This document shows, piece by piece, positions 30,356-58,737 of a stretch of DNA of 64,000 nt. The DNA is from the human T2T-CHM13v2.0 reference genome, Homo sapiens. Positions within the stretch are counted from its first letter, which is position 1. Each line of letters starts with the position of its first letter. The stretch lies in assembly GCF_009914755.1 (NCBI RefSeq), contig NC_060926.1; one strand, written 5' to 3'. The notes beneath the pieces were generated by a model, which saw only the letters and a program-made list of their open reading frames with translations, ran no database searches and had not been told where the DNA came from. Position numbers and translations under genes: made by a program.

Positions 30356-33295
30356 CATTGGTCTTTGATACCTAAGAATTGTGAGCTCTCTTATCCGTCT
30401 CTGCCCACCAAAGACATTCAGCCAGGTCAACAACATATCATACGTTGCAACCACATTGATCACAGACTGATCACCAAACTGCTATATTTTCTTTTCTCTT
30501 CCTCTAGGCACAAGATATCTTAGTGGCTAGATGGGTGCAGGAAATCAGTCTGTAGATCCCTCTTCATATCTGCTGCAGCCTAGCCACTGCAGAGGCACTC
30601 TGCATAGGATGGTCTAAGTGTCTCTGTCTTCATCTTACCTCTGTGGAGGAGACGTGGAATCAAGCCAGCCCACAAGCCCTGAGACTGGATAGGCCGGAGA
30701 GAAAGAGGAGTAGCCAGAGCGGTCGGGAAAAGAGGAAAGGAATACTGTGGGTAAAAGGGACAAAGACCACGCAACCTGAGGAAAGACATTGTATTGAAAG
30801 GGTAATGACTATTTGGCTAAAGGGACTGACTCCTGGGTTCCCGAGGCTCAAAGACCAGGAGACTTTTCCACTCTTGCAAGCTGCACAAGTACCATACTTA
30901 GTGTTCTGGGCTGAGAGGGGAGACAAAAGCATCGTCAGGTTGCCAAACAATGTCCCAGTTGCCCTGGGAGGCACAAACCTACCAAAGTGCCATAGGCCAG
31001 GTGCAGAGAGAATCAGAGGAGCTGATTTGCTTGGGGTCAGAGCAGAGCTGGGTTTTTTCAGATGATCACTTTCACATACTCCTTGTTAAATGGGACCAAA
31101 GGGGAAGAAGAAGAAACCCTTAAGCTTTTGTAATATTGTCTTGGGTACCAGATACCATAAAAGGCAGCATGAGAGAAACATTCCCTTGGGCCAGTGTCAT
31201 GGTGGATTTTCTTGCTTGAGAGGCAAGGATTTCAGCTTTCATTTGGTACCACAGAATTTAAAATTGTAAGTGCCTATCCCTTTTGACTGTTGATGGCTTC
31301 TTTGGGGTTTTAGTTACCCCAGTTGAAAGAGAAATTTTTCATATTGGGGTTGAGAAGAATGGAGGCTATTAGGAGCAAAGCTTTAATGAGTGAAAGTCTG
31401 GTGAATCCTGCAATTTTGATATGTTTCCAGTGGATTTTGAGAACACAGTTTTAGGACCAGAGTAGATGTTGTTCCCTAGAAAATAGAGTCAGCTATTGAT
31501 ATTGTGCCTCCCATCCCTCATATCTCAGTGTTTTAACCCCACCTGAGTTTGGAGACCAGTTTGTCCAAGGATCTTTCAAACATGTGAGCCCAGAGTAGAA
31601 CTTCTGAGTCAAGGATCATGTCTTTTTCTGAGGAGCTTTGCTTGGGGCACTGGAAATCCTGTTTAGATCAGGACTATTGGAATATTATCCTCTCCAGGGG
31701 AAGTGCCAGGTTGAACATTTAAGGCTTTGCTTCTAGGCCCAGCTATACATTCACCAGCAAATCACTTAACTTCCTAAATTTCTTTAAAATCTGTAAAATG
31801 GGATCAGTCTAATATGCCTACCTCAAATGATGACAGAATGACATCTATATGCATATGAGGCCTACGTTAGTTGAAAGATGCTATAAAGATATAAGGGATT
31901 TGTTACTTGTCTTTCTTGAAATGTTACAGTTGGGGTGCGGTTGCTTCTATCTTCTGGACCTCTGCCCATTCAGCATACAGCTAGAGGAATCTTTGGGCAG
32001 ATCCACATTCTTTAGCACTAGCTAGGCTTTGACTCCAAAGCTATCTGGTCTACCTTGATGTTCTGAGCAGGAAAACTGAGGACCTCAAGAACCATTCCAA
32101 ATTTCTACTCATTCTCCCTAAGACCCAGAGCAGACCCAGGACCTAAAGAAATTACATCATCTCTATTTTCCCTTGGCTCCAGCCCACTCTTGTTTGAACC
32201 TCCCACTTTTGTTGTTCCAACTACTTCTTGAGATGAAGGAAGGGCAGAACATTGGCCCTCTTCACTGAAGTCTTCACCCCTTAATCCAGGGTTCAATTTT
32301 TAGTTCACCTTAGCCTGTTTGAGATTAGAAGCTGGGCCTTAACTTACAGGTGTGTCCGGCATCATTCAATCAGCCTGTTAGATCCAGAATCCAGCACTGT
32401 GACGCTACATAACCATGGGCTCTGTCCTTCCAGTTCCTTTAGTGCCTTCCCTCACTGGTAGGTTCACTCTGAGGGCTTCCTTCCTTGAACTCCAGTGGCA
32501 ACTATAGTCTGTTTCCCACAATTTGTTGTGTGTGTTTTTTGTTGTTTTGCAGCGTTTTCATATTGTCTTTTATGTAAGTCATGTTTCTGAACTATCGTAT
32601 AAATTTCATTAGGGTAAGAATCATGTTTGCTTTATGCACTGTGTAACATGCCTTGCAGTCAGTATAGGCACTTAACCTTATTGATCAGTTGTTCCTTGGT
32701 GTTGAATAATGTGTTAGGTAGCCAGGTGGACCTGTGTCCTAGCCTGGAGAAGCTCTATGTCACCTTGTAGGAAGCCATCTGAATTTGACTCAGCATCATA
32801 TGCTGGGCCTGTGCTGCACTTGAGCTTTCTTTCCAGCCGCCAGGAGGGATGGTTGTCCTGGCCAACAGCGAATTTAATGGGTGGTCAAAAGAAGATGTGC
32901 CTGCATAGAAGGCTGAAAGAGGGAGCTGGAAGTAGGAGGAGACAAGGAGATAGTGACACCAGTATCTTGTCACAGAAATCAAGGAAGGCAACAGTTTAAA
33001 GGAGGGGAGGGAGATCAGTGGTGCCAACTGGCTCAGAAGAGGTTTGCTGGGTTAAATCTCAAGATGAGCCCATGAGATCTGGTGGTTAGCAGAGGCCTTT
33101 CCTGACAACCCCATTTTAAGCACCTCTTCCCCATCACTCTATCTCATCACTGTTACTGTCTGTGTAGCCCTGTCATGAGCTAAAATCATCCTGTTTGTTT
33201 ATTGCTAGCTTATGTGTCTAAAGTATACTCCTTGAGAACAGCAACTTTGTCTTTTTCACCTTTGTACTGAGTCCCCTGACATGGAATAAGATATG

Positions 33296-33360
33296 AATAA
33301 ATGCACAGACTTGTCCAAAATCATCCAATTAATAAATGGTAAGGCTTTGCTTTTTTGGGA
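33296..33360 (+). terminator. Candidate distal poly(A) signals (long 3' UTR isoform of STAMBP)
   Basis: AATAAA at 33296-33301 (at an L2 3' end) and 33331-33336, with U-rich ctttgctttttt downstream. Usage is inferred. Confidence 0.45.
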
Positions 33361-33431
33361 GAAGTGCAACAAATGTGAGCACATTTTAAATATTGATGTT
33401 TAAAGATTGTGAAAATTAAAAATTAACAATC

Positions 33432-33720
<289 letters not shown>

Positions 33721-33779
33721 TAACAATAATAGAAGGTTACCTCTAGAAGAAAGGCAAATGAGAAAAACTACATATATAA

Positions 33780-35780
<2,001 letters not shown>

Positions 35781-35785
35781 CCTAT

Positions 35786-35921
35786 GCTAAATGACGAGTT
35801 AATGGGTGCAGCACACCAACATGGCACATGTATACATATGGAACAAACCTGCACATTGTGCACATGTACCCTAAAACTTAAAGTATAATAATAATAAAAC
35901 TTTAAAAAATAAAAATAAAAA
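35786..35921 (+). mobile_element. Short young L1PA 3' end with TSD
   Basis: gttaatgggtgcagcacaccaacatggcacatg...aaagtataataataataaaa; TSD ataaacctat at 35776-35785 and 35922-35931. Confidence 0.9.
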
Positions 35922-36306
35922 ATAAACCTATAAGTTAAAGTAATTTGATACTGACCGAGGACTAGATTAAGAATCAGCAAACTTTATTGTTGAAGGAAGT
36001 AAGACTTAGAAGAGTTTAAGTTGACCAAGGCCACAGAACTCCAAATGAATAGTGTCAGACTTTCAAACCCACACTCAACCACACTGTAATGCTGCCTTCC
36101 TAAAATATACATTAATACATGTATTCAGAAAAACTATGAATAAGAAGTACCTAAAAATATTAATATTAGTTATCTGTAGGTGATAGAATTATGGGATGAC
36201 TGTTCATTTTTCCCCCATATCCTTTTTCGAATTTCTTCAAATGTACTACAAAGAACATGTATTGCTTTTATAATTGGACAAAAAGGACAATACCTTCTAT
36301 TTTCAG

Positions 36307-36516
36307 AAACCGAAACTTCATTGCCCCTTCAATGTGGGAATCCAGCCAGACCCTATTCTTGGACAGCATCAGTGAAAGGGGCTTGGGAAAGCTCTTGGGC
36401 GTAGCAGCAGAGGCATGTCATATATGGAAACCTTCCATGAGGGTGACCTCACCACTGGAACCCGTTCAACATAAACCTTGCTGCAAGAACTAGCAGAGCT
36501 CTTTGGACAAAACGTG
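36307..36516 (+). other. Candidate cryptic/alternative downstream exon (210 nt)
   Basis: Acceptor ccttctattttcag| and consensus donor GTG|gtgagt. Motif evidence only. Confidence 0.4.
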
Positions 36517-37092
36517 GTGAGTGGAGAGCTGAGAAAGAACTGACCTAAAGAAGAGAGAAGTGCTGGTCTTACAGCATGAAGAAGTCCTGGGTACCCATCT
36601 GGGCTTAGCAGGCCTCCTTTATGATCTATTCCTAGAGAAGGATTACTTTTCCCAACCTCAGCCTCCTTCAAAGAAGAACTCCCACCGTGGCCCAGGGTTA
36701 TTTCTGTCTTTTTTTCTGGACTTGCGTTAGAATGTAGGATGTTTCTTGTGTTGGACAAATCATAATGGGTTATTGGTGGGTGACAGAAGTGAAAACATTA
36801 CCTAGACTAAAGGAAGTAACACTATTCTTAGATATCCCTCCATAATTCCCTATGGTTAGCTTCCCTATCCCCAGCAGCCTCCTCTCTTCACCCCATTTTG
36901 CCTTCAAAAAAGTGAATGGCATCATATCAAAGCACAATTCCATCAAAATATTTCCATGCCACCTGCAGCACCAGGCCCTGTGCCACGTTGAACAGCTCTT
37001 AACACCCTGCTTGCCACACTTAGACACCTGTGTCTAGAACTTTTCTCACACAGCCTAGTATACACCTTTCCCATGTTGTAGGAGGGTTTAAA

Positions 37093-38235
<1,143 letters not shown>

Positions 38236-39515
38236 CAAGAAAAAGAACTTTTTAGTTCAACAGTTTCAACACAATATTTGGAATTGAGATATTGGGTCAT
38301 GGCTTTGGTCATGACTTCATCCTTGAACCAATCACTCTGACCAGGAGGATGGAATATTAGCCAGGCCTGGATCATGTACCCATAACCCATCTACGCCACA
38401 TGCACTGAGAGTGGGGCAGCATTCATTTCCAAAGAAGAATGGTGGTGGCAGAAGGGGAAGTAGATGCTGGGCAGGCAAAGGCAACAGATGTCCACCATGC
38501 ATGCCTAGAAGAAAAAAGTGCTGTTAGCTTTAGATAATAGCAGCTGGACGATGGGGTAGTGACCTTCTCACTCCCAAAAAGGTGGGTCGCACATCCAGGC
38601 TGTGGGTCATTCATTTAATTTGCATATATTGAGTACCTGCTGTGTGCAGAGCACTGTTCAAAGTACACAAGAAGTAGATGTTACGCTCTCTGTCCTCAAG
38701 GAGCAGATAAGTAAGATAAAGGAGCCCTACTCTCACAGTGCAAGAGCAATTCATGATCAATGAGTGTACGCAGAATCATGAGCACCAACTTTATCCCGAA
38801 GTGTTGAGGGAACCCAAGTGAGGGAGAAATGAATGTTCTCATTTTAATTTCTGTATCTTCCACTTTTATTCAACAAATATTTACTGTATGCCTACTAAAT
38901 TCAAGTCCCACAGGACTCTAGAAACCTCGTAGAAAGGATTTCAGACAGATTCCTAGGATGTGTAAAATATGAGAAAGAGAAAATAAATTGAAAGTGGGGG
39001 AAGGATCTAGAAATCAAGTATGCAACAAAGTGAATTCAGGAATAAAGTAAAACACGTAAACCGTGATTACTTACATTCCTACCGTGGATGGGCCGTAGGA
39101 TGTATGATGTAATAAATAATTTGCATAACAAACCCAACATCAGGTAGAGGGGTTCTGTTTTCCCATAGAAATGATGGAATCTCACTAAAGCACAAGATAT
39201 GGTAAATGTAATTCTACTGGAACTGTGGTGAGTGTGGGGAAGGCAACATAGTCCAGCTGAGACACCGGGTTGTCTGCTAACTGGACCTAGCCTAGGGATG
39301 GATTTCATCACATCTGGGAGCTCAGGTGGACTGCATGCATTTTAAACAACTCTGGGTTGTTTTCTGCACTGACATTTTAATAAATATTTAGTGACAGTGA
39401 GCTCAGAATCGTATCTTTGGCAAGTGCCTGGGGTGCAGCTGCCATTCTTTATTGATGGCTGAGTAAGATATGAGGCGCTTAACTTTTAACTCATTTTTGT
39501 TTTGTTTTAACACAG

Positions 39516-39823
39516 CTCACCAAGATGGAGGAACAGAGCCCATGGCCCACTTACTACATGGATTCCCACTTTACAGTGGAGAAGGAGCTTGCAGTAACCA
39601 CAAAAGTTTCTGTATAAGCAAATTTAGGGAATTGAACTTCAGACAGTGTGGTTGTCTCCTTACTTATGAACTTGGGAATACTTACTTAGGTAACAACTAA
39701 CATCAGAGGTTTTTGATCTGTAGCCTTTCTTTCTGTCCATAATTAGCTAATAGCTTCTGCTGTACAAACACAAACCATTCCCTGTCCAAGAAAATTAAAC
39801 TATATCATCAGAATAAGAAAGAA
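39516..39823 (+). other. Candidate alternative terminal exon of STAMBP
   Basis: Acceptor tttttgttttgttttaacacag|. Phase-0 ORF of 33 codons ending TAA 39615-39617. ATTAAA at 39794-39799 followed by a long U/GU-rich tract. The 3' end is approximate. Confidence 0.5.
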
Positions 39824-39876
39824 TATTCCTTTTTCTTTTGTGTGAGTGTGGTTTTTGTTTTTCTGGGTTTTTTTAG

Positions 39877-40180
<304 letters not shown>

Positions 40181-41099
40181 TCCTTTTTTTTTTTTTTTTT
40201 TTTCCTAATAGCAAAGGAGGCTATGCAACCAGCTCATCCAAAGACGGCATCAGATTTTTTTTTTTTTTTTAATGAGTGGAAAAGTACATGGTGTCAGAGC
40301 CCAGCCTGGATCAGCCCTCAGGAAAGTTGTTCCCACAGCTCTGACCCATGAAGCAGAAGAGCAGTGCCCAATCAATTCAGCCAGGGCCCACAGCTGAGGA
40401 TAGGTCAATAAAAGTTGCAAATGATTTGATATTATTCTTGCTACCATAAAGCAAAAATTATGGCAGTAGCAGCCTATCGTGGAATTATTATTTAAAGCTC
40501 ATCTGTTCCTTATGTCAAATGCTGATCTGAGAATCCCAATTTATACAATTTGTTAAAAAGCTGGCATGGAATTTGGGTAGAATGGCCAATAAACAAATAG
40601 ACTTTTCATTTGAGTTAGAGGAGATACAGGATGTCCTTATTGAAGGCAAGTTAAACTGGACTCTGTGTCTAGCCAAACAAAGCCACGTCCATAGAGTAAG
40701 AAAATAAAAATGAACACAATAAATAAATAAAGCAATCAATAAAACTGAGGATTGGAGCTCACGATTCAGAAGCATTGACAACTCCAGAGGCAGAAAGTTC
40801 TATGTGTGTGCTTTAGATTAGGGTCAAGTTTTAAAATTGCCTGGGCAGTGAAGGACCATAACTGAGTTCTAGTCAGAGACTTGCCTCATATTTATAAAAC
40901 TTGGGGCAGTTGACCCCATTTTGTAAGAGCTGGAGGAAGTGAACTTCCTAGGTGTTACTCAGCATTGGGCCCCACACAAACCCACTTTCCAGAATAACTC
41001 AGAAAACTTACAGAGTCCACCCTTGTTGCCAGAGATCTATCAGCCAGATTCAATTCTTACCACAATGTATTGAAGTAAAGTATTTTTAAGACAGTGAAA

Positions 41100-42634
<1,535 letters not shown>

Positions 42635-42949
42635 AGCTACCCTTCTGGGTAGGCAGGCCTGAGTTGTTGGGTAGAGCTTGACTTTTAAAAGAACCATCCT
42701 GTGGGGAGGCTTCTAGCCCCCTTTTTCCCCATCACCACCATCCCCAGCTTCTCCTGTCTCCCAAGATGAGGATAGGGAGGCTGGGAAACACACACCCAAG
42801 TGCTTGCCAGGAAGTATGGGAGTGGGAGTGAGAGACTGCCTGATAATAAGAGAAGTGGGGTTACTGGAGCCCAGATCTTGGGGTACCTCCCAAGCCACTC
42901 AAGGCTCAGAACACATGGAAAGCAGAGAGCGGTGTTCAGACAAACTGAA

Positions 42950-43127
42950 CATTCAGAGATACTGAATATTTGATTCCAGACCACCACAGTAAAGCAAGTT
43001 GCACACATTTTTTTGTTTCCTAGTGCATATAAAAATTATGTTTACACTACACTGTACTCTATTAACTGTGCAATAGCACTGTATCTAAAAAGATGTACAT
43101 ACCTTAATTTTAAAATACTTTATTGCT
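42950..43127 (-). mobile_element. Tigger1 terminal fragment, cut off by the ZDHHC6 retrocopy
   Basis: ttccagaccaccacagtaaagc...gtacataccttaattttaaaatactttattgct matches the recalled Tigger1 3' end in reverse orientation. Confidence 0.8.
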
Positions 43128-45026
43128 GAGTCTCAGCAAGCACGCTGGCAGGAGACACATGGGTCCTGCATTCCAGCCTCTGGAGACCAAGATTTGCTTT
43201 CTGCTTACTCTGAACTGAGGTGCTCATGATGGAGTCAGCCAAAGAGGAGAAAATCTGTTCTGGTGTGCCCTGGCTCTCTCTACTCCCCAAGTATGCCATG
43301 GCTGAGGAGTGGGCACCAGGGAGCAGACTGAGGTTGGGTTTCAAACCAAGAAACTTGATTCTCCTGGTTAAGATAAACAGCTTTGAGTGCTTGACGGTGA
43401 AAATGGCACAATCCATGTTAACGTGTCACAACTTGAAGGCATGACAAAGAACACACTGGGACTTGTGGCACATGGAAATGTGTGCACAGAAAAGACAACT
43501 CTGTAATTCTTTAAAAGTAGGAAGACATTCTTCCTTGCCAAAATGCATACATTCGGCTCAGTTATCAAGTTTGAAAATCTCCAAGAATTAAAGAAAGGGT
43601 CCCATCACAGCCCTTGATGTTACAGCAGTATGTTCTGCAGTGGCCATGATTGACTCTGTATTGTGATATCAGCCCTTACATACAACTGGAGGAAGTGTGA
43701 ATTTCATCATACATTCACGACTATTATGGTTACCAAAATCATGCTTCGTTCACACTGTTCCTTCTTTTAGCACCTCTGGCTTGTATCCATGCTGCTTTCA
43801 TTTTTATTTTCACTATGTACATACAGCTTTGTAATCGGTTCTTCTTTGGAGGAAACACAGTAAACACTGATACAAGTGCAGCCTGGAGAGATCCTCTTTC
43901 AGTTGTTCCGCCTGGATTCACCGCATTTGCTGCCTTCTTGTTTACGTTGGGATTCATTTTAGGAACAACCATAACTATTGGGAAGTTTTTTCGTTTGTTT
44001 GTTTTTACTTTACAAGTTCTGGGATACATGTGCAGATCGTGCAGCTTTGTTACATAGGTATATATGTGCCATAGTGTTTTGCTGCATCTATCAACTTGTT
44101 GTCTAGGTTTAAGCCCCACATGCATTAGGTATTTGTCCTAGTGCTCTCCCTCCCCTTGTCCCCCACCCCCCAATAGGCCTTGGTGTGTGATGTTCCCCTC
44201 CCTGTGTCCATGTGTTCTCATTGTTCAACTCACACTTACGAGTGAGAACATGCAGTGTTTAGTTTTCTGTTCCTGTGTTAGTTTGCTGAGGATGATGGTT
44301 TCCAGCTTCATCCATGTCCCTGCAAAGGATGTGAACTCATCCTTTTTTATGGCTGCATAATATTCCGTAGTGGATATGTGCCACATTTTCTTGATCCAGT
44401 CTATCACGGATAGGCATTTGAGTTGGTTCCGTGTCTTTGCTATTGTGAATATTGCTGCAAGAAACATACGTGTGCATGTGTCTTTATAGTAGAATGATTT
44501 ATAATCCTTTGGGTATATAGCCAGTAATGGGATTGCTGGGTCAAATGGTATTTCTGGTTCTAGATCCTTGAGGAATCACCACACTGACTTCCAAAATGGT
44601 TGAACTAATTTACATTCCCACCAACAGTGTAAAAGCGTTCCTATTTCTCCACATCCTTGCCAGCATCTGTTGTTTCCTCCCTTTATAATGATCACCATTC
44701 TAACTGGCGTGAGATGGTATCTCATTGTGGTTTTGATTTGCATTTCTCTAATGACCAGGAAGTTGTTTTTTATCCAGATGAAAATCATCCTCAGAAACAA
44801 AACTTTTAGTCAGTCATGGATTGAAGAGAAAGCTAAAGATTGAATTCAGTATTATCAACTAGAGGTCTTTGTTTTTCTTTATGATATGGGAAGTAAATGG
44901 AGGAATTTAAACAGGTATTTGTGTGGTCAGGGGTCCCTGAAAGAGATGACCTGGAGTGGCCAATGAGAGAAAGCTATCACCAGTACAGCTTAACACTAGA
45001 ACAGTTGAAATAAAAAGCAGATAAGA
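43128..45026 (+). pseudogene. ZDHHC6 (palmitoyltransferase) processed pseudogene, internally deleted, L1-interrupted and 3'-truncated
   Basis: ATG at 43543 gives MHTFGSVIKFENLQELK (ZDHHC6 as recalled: MGTFCSVIKFENLQELK). Further segments: GPITALDVTAVCSAVAMIDSVL*YQPLHTTGGSVNFI; GYQNHASFTLFLLLAPLACIHAAF; and after the L1, [14 protein letters not shown]...[14 protein letters not shown]...[15 protein letters not shown]. No introns; stops and frameshifts present. Confidence 0.93.
43988..44757 (-). mobile_element. 5'-truncated L1PA (PA8-like) inside the ZDHHC6 retrocopy
   Basis: L1 3' UTR and ORF2 C-terminus (ORFs 44225..44467 and 44576..44800); TSD core ggaagtt at 43981-43987 and 44758-44764. Confidence 0.92.
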
Positions 45027-45417
<391 letters not shown>

Positions 45418-45904
45418 TCAACACTCCATTACACAGATAAGATTTCATCCTGTTGTTCAAATTCTCTATACTGTTCCTGATTTTTTTGGCTCCTTCTTCT
45501 GTCCATTACTGAGAAAGTTGTGCTAAAATCTCCTGATATGATTGCAAATTTATCTATTTCTCTTTTGTGTTTAGTCCATTTTTGAGCTCTATTTATTTAC
45601 ATATACACACATATACATATATACACACACACATTTGGCATGTATATATAAGTTATGTTATTAGATGCATACAAATATGGAATTGTTATATCCTCTGATG
45701 AACTGACCCTTTTATGTTATAAAATGTCTCTTTTTATCTTTAGGACTGCTTCTTGCCTTAAAATCTACTTTGAGATTGATACAACTTTCTTTTGATTAGT
45801 GCTTCTTACTTTCAATATTACTATATCCTTGCATTTAAGGAGTATCTCTTATAAGCAGCATATTGTCAGTTTATCATTAAATAACCAGCCCAACAATCTT
45901 TTTG

Positions 45905-47689
<1,785 letters not shown>

Positions 47690-47690
<1 letters not shown>

Positions 47691-47707
47691 ATATATATAT
47701 TTGTTTG

Positions 47708-47752
<45 letters not shown>

Positions 47753-48092
47753 GATTCTAAGGAATTTGTTCATATGGTTGTGGAGGCTTGGCAGATCTAA
47801 AATCTGCAGAGTAGGCTGGGAAAGAATTGGGGTCTGCAGTTTGAGTTTAAAGGCAATCTGCTGGCAGAATTCTTTTTGCTTCCAGAAAAGTCAGTCTTTT
47901 TCTATTATGGCTTTCAAATGATTGGATGAGGCCCACTCACATCATGAAGGGTAACCTGCTTTACTCAAAGTCTACTGATTTAAATATAGATCTCATCTGA
48001 AAAATAACTTCACAGAAACATCTAGATTAATGTTCCACTAAATACCTGGATAGTGTGGCCTAGCCAAATTGACACATAGAATTAACTATCAC
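47690..48092 (-). mobile_element. MLT2 (ERVL) LTR with (TA)n(GA)n microsatellite
   Basis: gattggatgaggcccactcacatc and aaattgacacatagaattaactatcaca terminus. Confidence 0.85.
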
Positions 48093-48520
48093 AGATCCCA
48101 ACAGAAAGCCTGGAGTGTTTAACAGTGTTTTTCCTCCACAGTGGGCTCTGAACTCCAGTATTTTTCCCCCAACCCCATCAGTCTGCTAAAACTCTAATTA
48201 GCTTCTCAGTCTCTTAGTTACTGCTTCTTGCTTAACTTGATCTACGGCCTTGTACTGCTTAACATGGAAAGATGTCTCAAGAGGAAAGTGACATAGAATA
48301 TCAGATTCATCCAAATGAGTTTTCTTTCTCTCTAGAAACCTCACCTCTAGAAACGTGAACTGAATGCTTCTCTGATGCCTTCAAACAGGTGATTTTAAAA
48401 TATTTTATCTTAGAGGATCACTGAGAGGCTGAAAAAAATTATTAAATCCAACTCTTTTCATTAATAATTGTTAATAAACTTATAATGGATTAATACTTTC
48501 TTAATATGAAAAATAATGTG

Positions 48521-49571
<1,051 letters not shown>

Positions 49572-50099
49572 TCAGATTTTATTACATCAAGTTAAAACAT
49601 TATCAGAGGATTAACTTGGGAGGATTATTGACTGGGAGAGCTTACCTGGAAACCTGATAGAGACAGTGGTTAAAATAGTGGTGGGGCTGGAGTGGGGAGG
49701 GGTGAAGAGGGGAAGGAATTGGGATGTAAGTCAAAGGATACAAAGTAGAAGGTAGGTATGTAGGATGAACAAGTCTAGAGATCTAATGTACACCCTGAGG
49801 ACTATAGGTCATAAAACTGTATTGTATAGGGGATTCTTGTTAAATAAGTAGATTTTAGATGCTCTTGTCACAATGTAACTATGTGAAATGAGAGATACAT
49901 CAATTTGCTTCACTATTGTAACCACTTTCCTGTCTCTATGTACCCCATAACATCATGTTTACACCTCAAATATGCACATTTCTAAAGAAGAAGACACTGA
50001 GCACTTAAAATTGGTGGTTTACTTTACTGTCTGTATGTTATCCCTCAAATAAAAAAAAATTAGTGAAACTTCTGTTTGGCAAAAGCTACCATGAATGTA

Positions 50100-50195
50100 T
50101 TTTTCTTTCTTTCTTTTTTTTTTTATAGCAAGATTTATTATGAAGAGCAAAAGAACAAAGCTTCCACAGCGTGGAAGGGGACCCAAGCAGGTGGC
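50100..50195 (-). mobile_element. Polyadenylated LTR12 (ERV9) R-region fragment with 14-bp TSD
   Basis: Minus strand reads gggtccccttccacgctgtggaagctttgttcttttgctcttcataataaatcttgcta then an A-tail; TSD ctaccatgaatgta at 50086-50099 and 50196-50209. Confidence 0.85.
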
Positions 50196-50209
50196 CTACC
50201 ATGAATGTA

Positions 50210-56400
<6,191 letters not shown>

Positions 56401-57269
56401 GATTGAATTTTTGAAACCAGAAAAAAATGTTAAATATAAACAAATCGAGTACCTGGTGTAACCTCCCTCACCTTCTGATCTCTCCCTAAACATTTCCTCA
56501 GAGCTTCAGTTTATTCAGTTAGTCCCTGCTTTCTCGTCTCTGGGCTGTTTGGAGCCTAGATCACAACCAGTGCCTTTGTTATAGGCTTTTCATTGTTTAT
56601 CGACTGGCTGTGCCAACTAAGAGGGGAATGTCCATAGGGCAAGGTGCCCCCATCTGCACGCTGACCACGGTGCTGAGTGATTAGAAGAAAGCTCACTCTG
56701 TGAAACAACCCTTACTCTGAGAAGGGAAAGGATGACCCCTCTAAACCCATGATCAGGTCAAGGGTGATTGGCACCCTGTCCCTGCCCTGGCCTCATTCCC
56801 ACACAAGAAGAGAGAATCAGAGGGGGAGCTTATGACCCTGTCACTTAGCGTTGAGCTACCTGCCTCGGCCAGTTGGGACTGCGAGCACTCTGTCCATGCT
56901 GGGACAGCTCACACCTCATCCACTGCCACCTTCTATGCAGCACAGCTCCGGAAAGGGAGCCCTCTTCCCTCCAGAATCCCCAGTGAGGGTTTTCTAGGAA
57001 CTTGAAAAGCTCAGGAAGCTTTCCACAGGCCTGGAATTTAGACTTAGGCACTAAACACGCAGGCCAGTGATCAAATGATGAGTAAGTGAACCTCACAATG
57101 ACAACAGTGTTCCTTCTCCACAGGGAACAACTGCAGGTCCTCAAGGAAAGTGTTTTTAAATCTTTCCTCTGGGCTGTCTCAGCAGAGGACACTCCTCATT
57201 CACACCATCTCCTGCCTCAATTTTCAGTTAATGAGGAAGCCAGACCTGTACCAAGCCATTGCACCAGGT

Positions 57270-58425
<1,156 letters not shown>

Positions 58426-58737
58426 AAGCAGCTCAAGAATCACAGGACTGTGGAAAATCCTACAGGCCAAGAGTCTTGTTAGGTGTGCCTCAACCCTGAA
58501 GCAGGTCCCTCAGTCTGCAGATATTTAGAGATATTTAAAGGAAACCCAGGAAGGAGCCAAGAGAGAATGAAGCCTAAGGTGTCCTGAGACCCTCAGAGAA
58601 CTCAGCCCAAGGGTTAGGAGCTTGTGTCAAGGTGCAGCAGGTGAGTAGGGCACGCAGGATTTCTTTCCTGGGTACGGAAGGCATTTCTCTTCAGCTTTCA
58701 TTGGTCCCAGGCTCGTGCCAGACAAGGCATGATTGCA

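Noticed and set aside
30643-31065. 140-aa ORF downstream of the STAMBP stop
   Set aside because: GTG start, no recognisable homology, lies in the putative extended 3' UTR.
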